Shown: positions 1 through 8,780, counted from the stretch's first letter. The stretch: 32,212 nucleotides of DNA from a candidate division WWE3 bacterium RIFOXYD1_FULL_39_9 (GCA_001773295.1 MEWG01000047.1:1-32212), one strand, 5' to 3'. The notes: generated by a model not told the origin, from the letters alone. Made by a program: numbers and translations.

Positions 1-27
1 ATATCTTTTGTTGGTAATATCAATCAC
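1..27 (-). CDS. 5' end of a gene running off the window (GTG start, MIDITNKRY...), possibly an HNH/AP2-type nuclease
   Basis: GTG overlaps the TGA of the upstream gene (GTGA), with AAGGA upstream. Only 9 codons are visible; they resemble the 'MIDLTGKRFGRL' N-terminus of phage endonucleases. Confidence 0.25.
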
Positions 28-1040
28 AATTTTTCCTTTCTATCTTTATCAATCAATAGTTTATCAATCACATTATGAACTCTTAAAGCATTACTCATGT
101 TGCAAATAGAAGAGTATTCTTCTTTCATAAGTACTTTATAAACGTGTTGATATAAATTCCGTAAAGAGAACTTTAAATCAGTTTCAAAGAAACAACTTGA
201 TACTCTTTCTTGAATTGATGGAAGAGAATAATAATCTCCATACGTTTCTTCTTTTTTACAAAGAGTAGTTGATATATTCAAAAAATGATTATCAAAAATC
301 CATCTTCTCTTTCCTGTCAAAAGATGCATTTCAAAACAATCAAACTTCCTACCGTCAACAGGAACAATAAAGATATTATCACACTTAGAATACTTCAATC
401 TAACTGCATATGTAGGGTCTGAAGAGTTATAATCAAGAATTGGTTTTGTATCTACAATCTCTCCTTCTATAAATGTTCCTGCTACCCAATTTAAAATGTC
501 GATTGCATGGCTCGCATCCCTTACAAACCCCCTTGTATAGTAAAAGACAATACTTTGAATATCATTTTCTTTCTGGATATGTTCTATTGCATATCTTATA
601 TATTGAGAAAATCTTCTTCCATAATTGACGATAACTTGAATATTAGATTCTCTACAAAGCCAATCTATTCTTGTTGCTTCATAGATATTTTGTCCTGCTG
701 GCTTTTCAAGGATGATAACTTTAGGTAGGGTATTTGGTCCTGCATGTTGTCTTGATATTTCTTCTATCATTGCTAAGTGCGTAGAAGTAGGAGAAGCAAT
801 AACAATAACATCTGCTATCGTTTCATGAAAGCCAAGAGCGATTTTGCAATTCCATTTATCTGCTGCTCGTTCTGCTTTTACTTCATCTACATCTCTTACC
901 CATGTAAGTTCAAAATTAGGATCAGAATAAACAGCATGGGCATGAGTCAATGGAAATTCTGTATTTGGAGAATCTAAATGATCCAGTTTTAAACCACCGA
1001 TTGACCCTGCACCTATTAGACCAACGGTAAATTTATTCAT
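24..1040 (-). CDS. Gfo/Idh/MocA-family NAD(P)-dependent oxidoreductase
   Basis: Rossmann motif VGLIGAGSIG, IASPTSTH, EKP motif, VNYGRRF and H-x-x-D (SHAID). GGAG RBS. Confidence 0.88.
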   Translation of the reverse strand: MNKFTVGLIGAGSIGGLKLDHLDSPNTEFPLTHAHAVYSDPNFELTWVRDVDEVKAERAADKWNCKIALGFHETIADVIVIASPTSTHLAMIEEISRQHAGPNTLPKVIILEKPAGQNIYEATRIDWLCRESNIQVIVNYGRRFSQYIRYAIEHIQKENDIQSIVFYYTRGFVRDASHAIDILNWVAGTFIEGEIVDTKPILDYNSSDPTYAVRLKYSKCDNIFIVPVDGRKFDCFEMHLLTGKRRWIFDNHFLNISTTLCKKEETYGDYYSLPSIQERVSSCFFETDLKFSLRNLYQHVYKVLMKEEYSSICNMSNALRVHNVIDKLLIDKDRKEKL

Positions 1041-1042
1041 TT

Positions 1043-1792
1043 TTATTCTCCTGGTTGTTTTGACTGCAACTTTCTGTTGACAAGTATTTGTGGATTGTCA
1101 AGTATGAAATCTACAATTTCATCTACTGTAATTGTTTCCCATCTATTTTGAGAAACAAAATGCTCTATGAGAGTTTTGATAACTTCAAAATCTTCTTTAT
1201 AGTCTAACGTCAATCTCAATCCTGGCCAATTATAAATTCCTTCTGCTGCAAGATTTTTAAATACAGTAAATTTTGGAGCTAATCTAATTAAGTTCCATCC
1301 TGTATGTTGACGAAAACTTCCATTAACTCTTTTGTTTATTTCTTTCAATACTTCTGTATTGTATATTTGAATATCGCTACCATCAAACCATGATCTTGGA
1401 TTTATATTGCTTACATGCACATCATATAAAATATGAGTTATATAGCGTTTATAAATTTCATGCAACTTATCTATTTGAAGTGGGTCTAAAAGTGGACAGT
1501 CTGAAGTAACATCAACAATAGTATCAATGTTGTAAAACGTAGTGCAACAAATTACTCTTTGCATTACGTCTTCTTCACTACCAACAAAAAAATCAATTCC
1601 ATTATCTCTACAATAATAAATTATCTCTTGACTGTTTACAGTCGTTGCTACAATAATTTTATCTAAACACTTTGCTTGCTTAACTCTATCTATCATCCAT
1701 TGAAGTATCGGCTTGCCTAAAACTTCCATCATTACTTTGCCGGGAAGTCTACTGCTGCCCATCCTCGCTTGGATTATTGCTGCTGTTGTCAA
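1043..1792 (-). CDS. spsF: SpsF/KdsB-like cytidylyltransferase (CTP_transf_3; nonulosonate-type sugar activation)
   Basis: Canonical AIIQARMGSSRLPGKV, GSEEDV, TSDCPLLDP and RLTLDYKED motifs. TTG start with AAGGAG RBS. Confidence 0.9.
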   Translation of the reverse strand: MTTAAIIQARMGSSRLPGKVMMEVLGKPILQWMIDRVKQAKCLDKIIVATTVNSQEIIYYCRDNGIDFFVGSEEDVMQRVICCTTFYNIDTIVDVTSDCPLLDPLQIDKLHEIYKRYITHILYDVHVSNINPRSWFDGSDIQIYNTEVLKEINKRVNGSFRQHTGWNLIRLAPKFTVFKNLAAEGIYNWPGLRLTLDYKEDFEVIKTLIEHFVSQNRWETITVDEIVDFILDNPQILVNRKLQSKQPGE

Positions 1793-1793
1793 T

Positions 1794-2336
1794 TTACAAT
1801 CTCCTTGTAGAAGTTTTGTAAAGCATTATTTCAATAATTAAATCTTTATCTTCATTAGATAAAGTTACTTGTCTTGCATTTATTCCGTACTCTTTAAACT
1901 TGTCTTTCCAAAAACTATCTCTTTTCTTATCGTTGCTTTCGTATTCTAATTCAAAAATAACTTCTCTAATTCCTACAGAAGCAATATTTTTTAAACAAAT
2001 AATGCACGGTTCGAGAGTACAATATAAAATTGAACCAAACGGAATTTCACTTGACTGCATTGCCATTTGATTGATAGCGTTTTGTTCTGCATGAATAGAT
2101 CTACACTCTTGGTATTTTATCGATCCGCTATCATCTGGAAGTGTCAATCTTCTAAGGCAATACTTATCTCCATCATCAGTGCATTGTGGTTGACCAGGAA
2201 GACTTCCGTTGTATCCTGTTGCTAATATCCTATGGTTAAATACAATAACTGCTCCTGTTGGTCTACTATTACAACCAGAACGAGAAGCAGCAAGTTTAGC
2301 CATAGCCAAAAAGTATTTATCCCAGGATAGTCTCAT
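1794..2336 (-). CDS. dCMP deaminase
   Basis: WDKYFLAMA, ATGYNG and Zn-deaminase motifs HAEQNA and PCIIC. Confidence 0.93.
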   Translation of the reverse strand: MRLSWDKYFLAMAKLAASRSGCNSRPTGAVIVFNHRILATGYNGSLPGQPQCTDDGDKYCLRRLTLPDDSGSIKYQECRSIHAEQNAINQMAMQSSEIPFGSILYCTLEPCIICLKNIASVGIREVIFELEYESNDKKRDSFWKDKFKEYGINARQVTLSNEDKDLIIEIMLYKTSTRRL

Positions 2337-2659
2337 TATTGTACTAACTCCAAATTAGAATAGTTGACCAATACTGGTTTTTCTCTTTCTGAAAAAACAA
2401 CAAGAGCTGCTTTAAAATATTCTTTTGGAAAAAAGATATTGCCAACTTCATCTTCCCATTCGATAAAGCCATTTGAAAGTGTTCTATATCCAATAAACAA
2501 ACCAATTCTTTCTTCGATTGGTTTTTCTTCCCATGATTTATATTTCTTTAATGGTTTGCCTGGTTTTGCTTCTCTGCGCTGCCACATTCTTTGTAAAGTA
2601 CTTTTTACAATTACTTTATCGCCAAGTTTAAAATTGCTTGATCCAATAATTTTTACCAT
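2336..2659 (-). CDS. hypothetical protein
   Basis: 107-aa ORF coupled to both neighbours (adjacent stop/start, TAATG). Confidence 0.75.
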   Translation of the reverse strand: MVKIIGSSNFKLGDKVIVKSTLQRMWQRREAKPGKPLKKYKSWEEKPIEERIGLFIGYRTLSNGFIEWEDEVGNIFFPKEYFKAALVVFSEREKPVLVNYSNLELVQ

Positions 2660-4381
2660 TTATTCTTTCCTTAAATATTCTTTCACTATATCAATTTGAA
2701 AACCATAACAGTGAAGTCCTTGACTATAAAAAGTAAGCGGCCCTGGCTCAACTCCTAATTCATTTGCAATGTATTCGTTAAGCAAAGTAAAGCCGCCCAT
2801 GTTTTCTGGAAAGCCGCAATTACCAGTTATTGAGATTAAGTTGTTTCTTCGCATAACAAAATTAGTATTTTTATTATTTACACACCAAACAAAACCACTA
2901 TAATTTTGTTTTTTCAAACCATTGTTATCAAAATGTTGCCTTTGAATCATAGACTCTTTTCTTTTTGAAAGATAAATTGCTCCATCGCCTTCATTTATGA
3001 TAGAGTGATATCCTAATGAATAAGATAACTTTTGGAACCATTGAAGTCTATCTTTTTTAATTGAATAAAATATTTTGTTTGTATCGCTTCTGATAGATCC
3101 GTCTGCCATAATCATGGTGTCAAACAAAGCTTTTCTGTCTTCATAAACCAAATCCAATAATTTTTCTATAGGTTCTCTTTTTGGAATTAGATTAAAAATC
3201 CATTTAGAATATTCTACAGGTATATAGAAAACATAACTTTCAACATTAATACCATTTGGATATTCCTTGTTGGCAATTTTATATTTTGTTGTTTCAACAA
3301 ATCTTTCTGAAAAATTGATGTTTAATTTGTTTAAAATATCTCTAATTTCTTTATGATATTTCTTTTTTGTTTGATATATTTCTATCGCATTGCAATCCTG
3401 TTTATAAGAAGCATCTGTCAAAACCCATCCGAGTAACGATGCCTTGTCAGATCCTATAGACCAAGATCCTCCAAAATACGGAGCTGCTAATGGTATAAAA
3501 GATCCATCTTTTGGTTGGATTTTTTCCGCTTGAGTATATTGATATTCTTGTATGATTCTTTTGCGTCCTGAATGCGTTACATATTTATGTAAAACTCTAT
3601 GATTAGCGGTAACAAGTTGATCAACTCTTTCCGTTTTTAAATGGTACATTGTTTCATTAACAACTGGATACTTAACTATGTTTGAAATATCGCAATATTC
3701 CAGTTGCCATTTATCTAAATTTAATGAACAAACAGTATCTTTATTTTGGTTTATTGTATTTATATTTTTCCATCCGTTGTTTGTTAATACTTCTGAATCA
3801 TCACTTATGCAATACAAGTCCCATGATCGATAAATGATACCAAGACAAACTTTATTCTCTTTCACTTTGATATCTATACCCCTAAGGCACGGAGAAGTCC
3901 TACGTTCCGTTTCATTTTTATATGGCTTGTCATATCCAAAGTTAGTATCTGGATCGCCTACAGTAATAAAAGGATGGTTATTACCGTATCCTTTTTCTTT
4001 TAAATGCCGAATGCTCCATTCAAGTTGAGACTCGTATTTATTAGAATAAACATTTCGCACCTTGCCATTGATCCAAGTAGCGTATCTATACTCTTCATTA
4101 GTAGATAGATTAGGGTCCATAAGATAGTTGGCAAAGTATTGCTCTATCTTTTCATCTGTAGTTGTTGGTGATACTCCTTGAGGCATAATCGGCGCAAGCG
4201 GTCTTGTATGTGGAAATTGAATAATACCAGCAGCAACAGGAAGTTCAAGTCTGTAATCTCCTTTCATACTGCCTTCTGTAATTTCATATTTAATTCCGTA
4301 TTTCCAACAACAAGAAAGAAGCATGAAATATGCTTCGTCTAAAGTATTTGCATTGACAAATCCTGGCATAAATTTATCCAT
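2660..4381 (-). CDS. thyA: thymidylate synthase-family protein (ThyA, short archaeal-like type) interrupted by an intein
   Basis: Catalytic SPCLR, RSWDLY|CGFPEN (R-S-x-D...G...N) and LHCY motifs. Extein is 242 aa after removing the intein. Confidence 0.88.
   Translation of the reverse strand: MDKFMPGFVNANTLDEAYFMLLSCCWKYGIKYEITEGSMKGDYRLELPVAAGIIQFPHTRPLAPIMPQGVSPTTTDEKIEQYFANYLMDPNLSTNEEYRYATWINGKVRNVYSNKYESQLEWSIRHLKEKGYGNNHPFITVGDPDTNFGYDKPYKNETERRTSPCLRGIDIKVKENKVCLGIIYRSWDLYCISDDSEVLTNNGWKNINTINQNKDTVCSLNLDKWQLEYCDISNIVKYPVVNETMYHLKTERVDQLVTANHRVLHKYVTHSGRKRIIQEYQYTQAEKIQPKDGSFIPLAAPYFGGSWSIGSDKASLLGWVLTDASYKQDCNAIEIYQTKKKYHKEIRDILNKLNINFSERFVETTKYKIANKEYPNGINVESYVFYIPVEYSKWIFNLIPKREPIEKLLDLVYEDRKALFDTMIMADGSIRSDTNKIFYSIKKDRLQWFQKLSYSLGYHSIINEGDGAIYLSKRKESMIQRQHFDNNGLKKQNYSGFVWCVNNKNTNFVMRRNNLISITGNCGFPENMGGFTLLNEYIANELGVEPGPLTFYSQGLHCYGFQIDIVKEYLRKE
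2819..3811 (-). mobile_element. 331-aa intein with in-frame LAGLIDADG homing endonuclease, in thyA
   Basis: Starts CISDDSEVLTNNGWK; block B VTANHRV; LAGLIDADG helices LLGWVLTDAS and LFDTMIMADGS; block F VWCV; ends ITGN followed by +1 Cys. Confidence 0.93.
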
Positions 4382-4479
4382 TAACTATTCCTCTTCTTTT
4401 TCATTTCTTCATATCCTTCTTTGAAAAACCATCCTATGATAAGTCCGCAAATAAACATTATCAAAAGTTCTTCTGTCAT
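4381..4479 (-). CDS. 32-aa small membrane protein (MTEELLIMFICGLIIGWFFKEGYEEMKKKRNS)
   Basis: Not in the ORF track. AAGGA RBS, one hydrophobic helix and a basic tail. TAA overlaps the thyA ATG (TAATG). Confidence 0.65.
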   Translation of the reverse strand: MTEELLIMFICGLIIGWFFKEGYEEMKKKRNS

Positions 4480-4485
4480 TTTTGT

Positions 4486-4731
4486 TTATCCTTTTTCTGT
4501 GAAGGAGTTTACCATTGCTTTGTCTAATTGGTTGCAAAGTCTATCAAGACATAAACGGCAAATAAAAACACGACTTTTGAATATATCAAACTCTCTAACA
4601 TTTGGAATTTCTACAACTTGCGGAACATAACTACTACAGAAAGAACACGAAGCATTTACATTTTCAAATACGTTTGGCTCTGGTCTTGGATTTGAAATTA
4701 CTTTTGCTTTACTTAGATCAATTTTATTCAA
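4486..4731 (-). CDS. small C4 zinc-finger protein (ClpX-ZBD-like CSFC...ICRLC)
   Basis: TTG start with AAGGAG RBS; two CxxC pairs. Confidence 0.65.
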   Translation of the reverse strand: MNKIDLSKAKVISNPRPEPNVFENVNASCSFCSSYVPQVVEIPNVREFDIFKSRVFICRLCLDRLCNQLDKAMVNSFTEKG

Positions 4732-4766
4732 GTTATATTCTCCTTTTAGTTTTGCTTTTCTGGTCG

Positions 4767-5366
4767 TTACGCGGCCTGCCGCGAATGTTCAGCGAGCCTC
4801 AAAAGTTCGTCCCTGAAAGCGATGGGTGTTGCGTTCGCTTCCTTCTTGCCTAAGGTCGGCTTGTTGCGATCTTTTCCACGCTGATCGTGGAAACCAATCT
4901 GATATGCGCCCATAGGGCGCGCCCATCTGAGTTCAAACGGCGCTACCTTGCCGACGTAATAAAGCCATGTTGCCTTGTTCGCTTTGTGACCATAAGCCGA
5001 CTGCCAGACCTCGCAAGTCCAACCGATACCATCAACAGACTTCACCCACGCGCCTTTTTTTGGCTTCGTTAAACCGAAGAAATTCCAAGCATATGTTTGT
5101 GCAGGGTGCTCCAATACACCGCCGTTGATTCTTACGGCGGCAAGCGCTGCATAAAAACAGCCACCATCTAACCACGGCACGTTGTGCTTGCCTCCCCATC
5201 GAGTGAAATTCACCTTAGCCATCTTCCCCCACTTCTGGCATGGTGGATGCGCAACAACAGGATTGAATCCTACATATTTTCTTGCGTCTCTGCCCACGTC
5301 CCAAGGATCGACAAAATTGAGTCCGAAATAGACGCCATTTTTCTCCACAAACAAAGCTGAAATCAT
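4767..5366 (-). CDS. DNA cytosine-C5 methyltransferase-like protein, GC-rich
   Basis: VAHPPCQ (motif IV PC), VLEHP (motif VI-like) and QSAYGH..KATWLY (motif VIII-like). No clear FxGxG. Start moved to MISALFV because GGAGGA precedes it. Confidence 0.55.
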   Translation of the reverse strand: MISALFVEKNGVYFGLNFVDPWDVGRDARKYVGFNPVVAHPPCQKWGKMAKVNFTRWGGKHNVPWLDGGCFYAALAAVRINGGVLEHPAQTYAWNFFGLTKPKKGAWVKSVDGIGWTCEVWQSAYGHKANKATWLYYVGKVAPFELRWARPMGAYQIGFHDQRGKDRNKPTLGKKEANATPIAFRDELLRLAEHSRQAA

Positions 5367-5408
5367 AGGCCAGTCCTCCATATCATTACTATACCTTTAA
5401 TTTCTCCT

Positions 5409-5548
5409 TCTACCTACGAAGCAAAGTTCGCAGGTAGGTAGAGCATTATAGGCACATCAGCCGGTCGCTCTGAATCTTCATATATGAAGATTATAGTTTG
5501 CGAAGAAGAGCGGAGCCCGATCAAGGGCCAGTGTCACCTTGCGGCTCC
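5409..5548. ncRNA. candidate structured RNA or regulatory leader with several stems
   Basis: Stems 5409-5417/5434-5442, 5466-5471/5507-5512, 5512-5517/5543-5548 and 5522-5526/5537-5541, plus a perfect 20-bp palindrome at 5473-5492. No convincing ORF. Confidence 0.35.
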
Positions 5549-5685
5549 ATATGTATTCTATACTATTAATCTTACCCCTCCTATTTAATGGATTTTGAAA
5601 TCGTTTGGTTGGCTTTTACCAACCGCGTTTCATAAAGCACCTCCATCGTTTGTCAATGAGCGATTAATCATATGGTATACAGCTT

Positions 5686-5714
5686 ATTATAATAAGATTT
5701 TTTGAAAAAATAAA
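5686..5714 (-). promoter_or_regulatory. phage promoter TTTATT-N17-TATAAT
   Basis: One of five intergenic copies with identical hexamers and 17-nt spacing. Confidence 0.8.
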
Positions 5715-5724
5715 AGACGATTGG

Positions 5725-6351
5725 CTATTTTTTGACGTAGCTTTTATCAAGCTTTTTATCTATATGGAAAACTTTATCTCCTGCCTCACACAATATATCA
5801 TTTTGTGTAACGATAATAATTTGCAAGCTAAGTTTTTCGCTTATCTCTTTTACCATTTTAGCCGCTCGTTTATGCAGATTGCCAGCAGCAGAATTAAGAT
5901 GGCGAAATGGTTCATCGAATAAAAAGCAATTCATTTTCTTTGGTTCTTCTAAAGACCATAGGGTTGGCCGAAGCGCAAAAGATGCCACATCTACAATACC
6001 AAAACCAGTCCCATACATCGGTCTTCTTTCTTTGCCATCTTTAACAAACAAAGGAGATGCTTCTGTTCTGCCTCTTTTAATATCGAATCTGAGTTTTAAT
6101 TCATATGCATCTTCTCGAAAGATGGCTGTCATAGCAAGAGAAGCTAATTCGTTCAATCTAAATTCTAACAAAGATTGAGTTTGAAGTGCTATCAACTGGA
6201 TTATAGTTTGTGCTTTTTGACAGTTTATCAAATGCTCTTTGTTTTTCTCTATTGATATCTTATAACTTTTTACTTGCTCTAATATAGCATCTCTTTTTCC
6301 TTTTGCTCTATCTAATTTAGACCTTAGCCTTGAAGTTGAATCGTATCCCAT
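5725..6351 (-). CDS. SbcC/Rad50-like ATPase, C-terminal half
   Basis: Coiled coil, then variant signature YGTGFG, Walker B/D-loop FLFDEPFRHLN and IIIVTQ. Confidence 0.85.
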   Translation of the reverse strand: MGYDSTSRLRSKLDRAKGKRDAILEQVKSYKISIEKNKEHLINCQKAQTIIQLIALQTQSLLEFRLNELASLAMTAIFREDAYELKLRFDIKRGRTEASPLFVKDGKERRPMYGTGFGIVDVASFALRPTLWSLEEPKKMNCFLFDEPFRHLNSAAGNLHKRAAKMVKEISEKLSLQIIIVTQNDILCEAGDKVFHIDKKLDKSYVKK

Positions 6352-6587
6352 GAATACTTCCTCTCAAGAGATTGAACACCATTTTCAAATTTGACTTCAA
6401 GTTTTTTTAACGATGCTTCTTTTTCGTCTATTAGTTTAGATAATTGTTCTACTGTTTTTATCTTATCTCTTTTTTCAAGGTCTTGCATAATAGCAGATAA
6501 AGCACCTTCTGCTCTGGACTTTGCAGTATCGGCTTTATCAACTACAGATTTCATCTTAAGAAGTTTTTCTGCTAATTTGTTATCCAT
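6324..6587 (-). CDS. small coiled-coil protein, possibly part of the split SbcC arm
   Basis: 87 aa with heptad character; AAGGA RBS; overlaps the SbcC C-half start. Confidence 0.7.
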   Translation of the reverse strand: MDNKLAEKLLKMKSVVDKADTAKSRAEGALSAIMQDLEKRDKIKTVEQLSKLIDEKEASLKKLEVKFENGVQSLERKYSWDTIQLQG

Positions 6588-6598
6588 TATTATTTCCT

Positions 6599-6802
6599 TT
6601 ATTTAAAAACAATATCTACAATCTTCTGTTGTATTTCATGTCTTGCTCTGGATTCTGCAATATACAAAGTAGCATCTGCTATATTTCCTTCTGCCGAGAT
6701 AACTCCTTTAATCATTTTAATGGCATCGACAATAGGTTTTATATCTTCTTCTTTTAATCCCTTTTCAATTGCTACTGTTACAGAATGATATTTATTACTC
6801 AT
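6599..6802 (-). CDS. hypothetical protein
   Basis: Start placed at MSNKY: GGAGG RBS and ATGA overlap with the sbcD stop. Confidence 0.7.
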   Translation of the reverse strand: MSNKYHSVTVAIEKGLKEEDIKPIVDAIKMIKGVISAEGNIADATLYIAESRARHEIQQKIVDIVFK

Positions 6803-7689
6803 TGTTGCATCCACCTCCATATAATATTTTTTACATTATCTTCTGTCTTATTCGCATTTGTATGCTCTTGCATATTCTTTCTAAAATTTAATTTAATGGA
6901 GTAATCCATTTTCATCGAATCGATATAAGTATCTATTCTTTCGTCCATCTCTTTTTGTACATTGATATGAGTCCTAACAACAACCGATTTGTCTATTGGT
7001 ATTTTTATCTCTTCAATGGAATTATCTTCTGCATACCAAAGATAAAAGCATGGCTGATGGTCGATCTGATCTGCATCCATTCTCATTACAGAACCAGCAT
7101 TGACAATCCTTCTGTTATTAACTTCTATATCGAATCTTGTATGATTGTCTCCGCTTAGAATTAAGTCGTATCCTTTTAACTCTTCCAAAATGTCATACGC
7201 ATTTCTGGTTTCAAACATTGCTTTTTCTAAACTGATTTGCATATGAACGAGACAAATATATGGCTCTTCGTCTCTTCTCTTTCTTCTTGGTTTTGGCTCT
7301 ATTCCATAAGGAAAACCTACTACTTTAAAACCATCGCAATCTATTGTTGTTTCATGATTTAAAATAACTTCTGCTTTGTTTGCTTCTTGTAATACTGCAA
7401 GGCCGGACTTATTAAATAGCTCCAAGTTATGGTTTTGGTTGTCATGTTGACCTGGAATACAAATAAATTCCGGCATATATTCAAGAGCAATGCGAAGTAG
7501 CTCGGGAGAAGGCTTCCAATAATTAAAGACATCCCCAGCGATTAATAAGGGAATATTATATTTGTCGCATATCTGATTAGCGTACTTTGCTTTATTTATT
7601 TGCGCTTGCATGAAATCATCTACACGACAAGTAGGGGTATCTTCTCTCCAGTGCCAATCAGAAGCAAGTAGTGCGGAAGGTTTTTTCAT
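6799..7689 (-). CDS. sbcD: SbcD/Mre11-like metallophosphoesterase nuclease
   Basis: SDWH, AGDVF, PGQHD, GDNH and NAGS motifs. Start at MKKPS (ATGA overlap, GGAGGAG RBS). Confidence 0.9.
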   Translation of the reverse strand: MKKPSALLASDWHWREDTPTCRVDDFMQAQINKAKYANQICDKYNIPLLIAGDVFNYWKPSPELLRIALEYMPEFICIPGQHDNQNHNLELFNKSGLAVLQEANKAEVILNHETTIDCDGFKVVGFPYGIEPKPRRKRRDEEPYICLVHMQISLEKAMFETRNAYDILEELKGYDLILSGDNHTRFDIEVNNRRIVNAGSVMRMDADQIDHQPCFYLWYAEDNSIEEIKIPIDKSVVVRTHINVQKEMDERIDTYIDSMKMDYSIKLNFRKNMQEHTNANKTEDNVKNIIWRWMQQ

Positions 7690-8780
7690 TTCCAGTCTCC
7701 TCCGCACAAAGGGCATTCCTTCGGTGCCATCAGTTTATATTCTGTAGCCACTTTCTTATATTCTTTTTCTGCTTTCTCTAACTCTTCTTTGGCATCAATT
7801 ATTTTATTCTCTATTTCTATAAATTGGTCTATCTCTTTTCTAAGAGAATCAATTTCATTTCTTTGCTTTAGCAATAAAGATATATCTTCTTTTGCTTTAA
7901 CAATAGAATTTGCTCTTTCTATTTCATCTTCTAAATCAGCTATCTTATTTTCTATTGATTCTAATTCTGCTATCTTGTTTTCTATAGTAGATATTTCTTG
8001 CTTCAAAGATATAAGTTGTTCGATTTCTTTCTTGGCATTTACTGTAAGTGGTTTATATCTGTCTATCTCTTTTTGAAGTTCTATTATTTTGCTTTTACCA
8101 TTTCTTAATCTCTGCTCATCATTTCTAATAATAGATAAACTGGATTCTATTTGCTCAAGTTCCGTTAATTCTTTTTCAGCAGAATCAACCCAATTAAAAT
8201 CTTCTACTTGTAGTTCTGCTCTTATTAGTTCTGCTTCTTCTCTTTTTATTGTTGCTCTTGTATCCCTTATTTCACTATCAGCATTTCTAAATGATGTATC
8301 TATATCTGAAAGCGAAGCAATTTGATTTAGCTTCCTGCCTATTTCTCCTGGCTTATCTCCTACAAGAAAATGTGGATTGTCTTGCTCTTGAAAATTAATC
8401 TCGCTCATATTCAAGGGATTAGATACTTCATCTGGTACTCTTGTTCCTACTGCTTCAAGTGGTTTTGTTAATGTAGATATTCTATATTCATTTGACTTTG
8501 GTCCTTTGACTCTTGATATCTCTGTTCCGTCTTCAAATACAACAGTAAATATACACTCGCCGGTTAATTCAAAATCGCCATTTTTCTTTTTCTTCTTTAT
8601 CCAATCAGAAGCAAATTCGTTTCCGCTTGGATCATTATCTTTAAGCCATTTAAGTCCTTTAAGTATTGCCGATTTGCCTTTATCAGAAACACCGCAAATT
8701 ATATTGACATTGGGAGAAAGATCGAAAGTCTCTTTCTCCCATGACATAAAGTTTTGGATTTTGAATTGCTTAAATTTCAT
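7686..8780 (-). CDS. sbcC: SbcC/Rad50-like ATPase, N-terminal half ending at the zinc hook
   Basis: IQNFMS, Walker A GVSDKGKS, Q-loop INFQEQ, long coiled coil and terminal CPLCG. Start at MKFKQF. Confidence 0.88.
   Translation of the reverse strand: MKFKQFKIQNFMSWEKETFDLSPNVNIICGVSDKGKSAILKGLKWLKDNDPSGNEFASDWIKKKKKNGDFELTGECIFTVVFEDGTEISRVKGPKSNEYRISTLTKPLEAVGTRVPDEVSNPLNMSEINFQEQDNPHFLVGDKPGEIGRKLNQIASLSDIDTSFRNADSEIRDTRATIKREEAELIRAELQVEDFNWVDSAEKELTELEQIESSLSIIRNDEQRLRNGKSKIIELQKEIDRYKPLTVNAKKEIEQLISLKQEISTIENKIAELESIENKIADLEDEIERANSIVKAKEDISLLLKQRNEIDSLRKEIDQFIEIENKIIDAKEELEKAEKEYKKVATEYKLMAPKECPLCGGDWK

Noticed and set aside
5409..5548. Assignment to tmRNA, c-di-GMP-II, fluoride, twister or HDV families
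   Set aside because: Only partial motif resemblances, with key conserved elements missing; kept as an unclassified structure.
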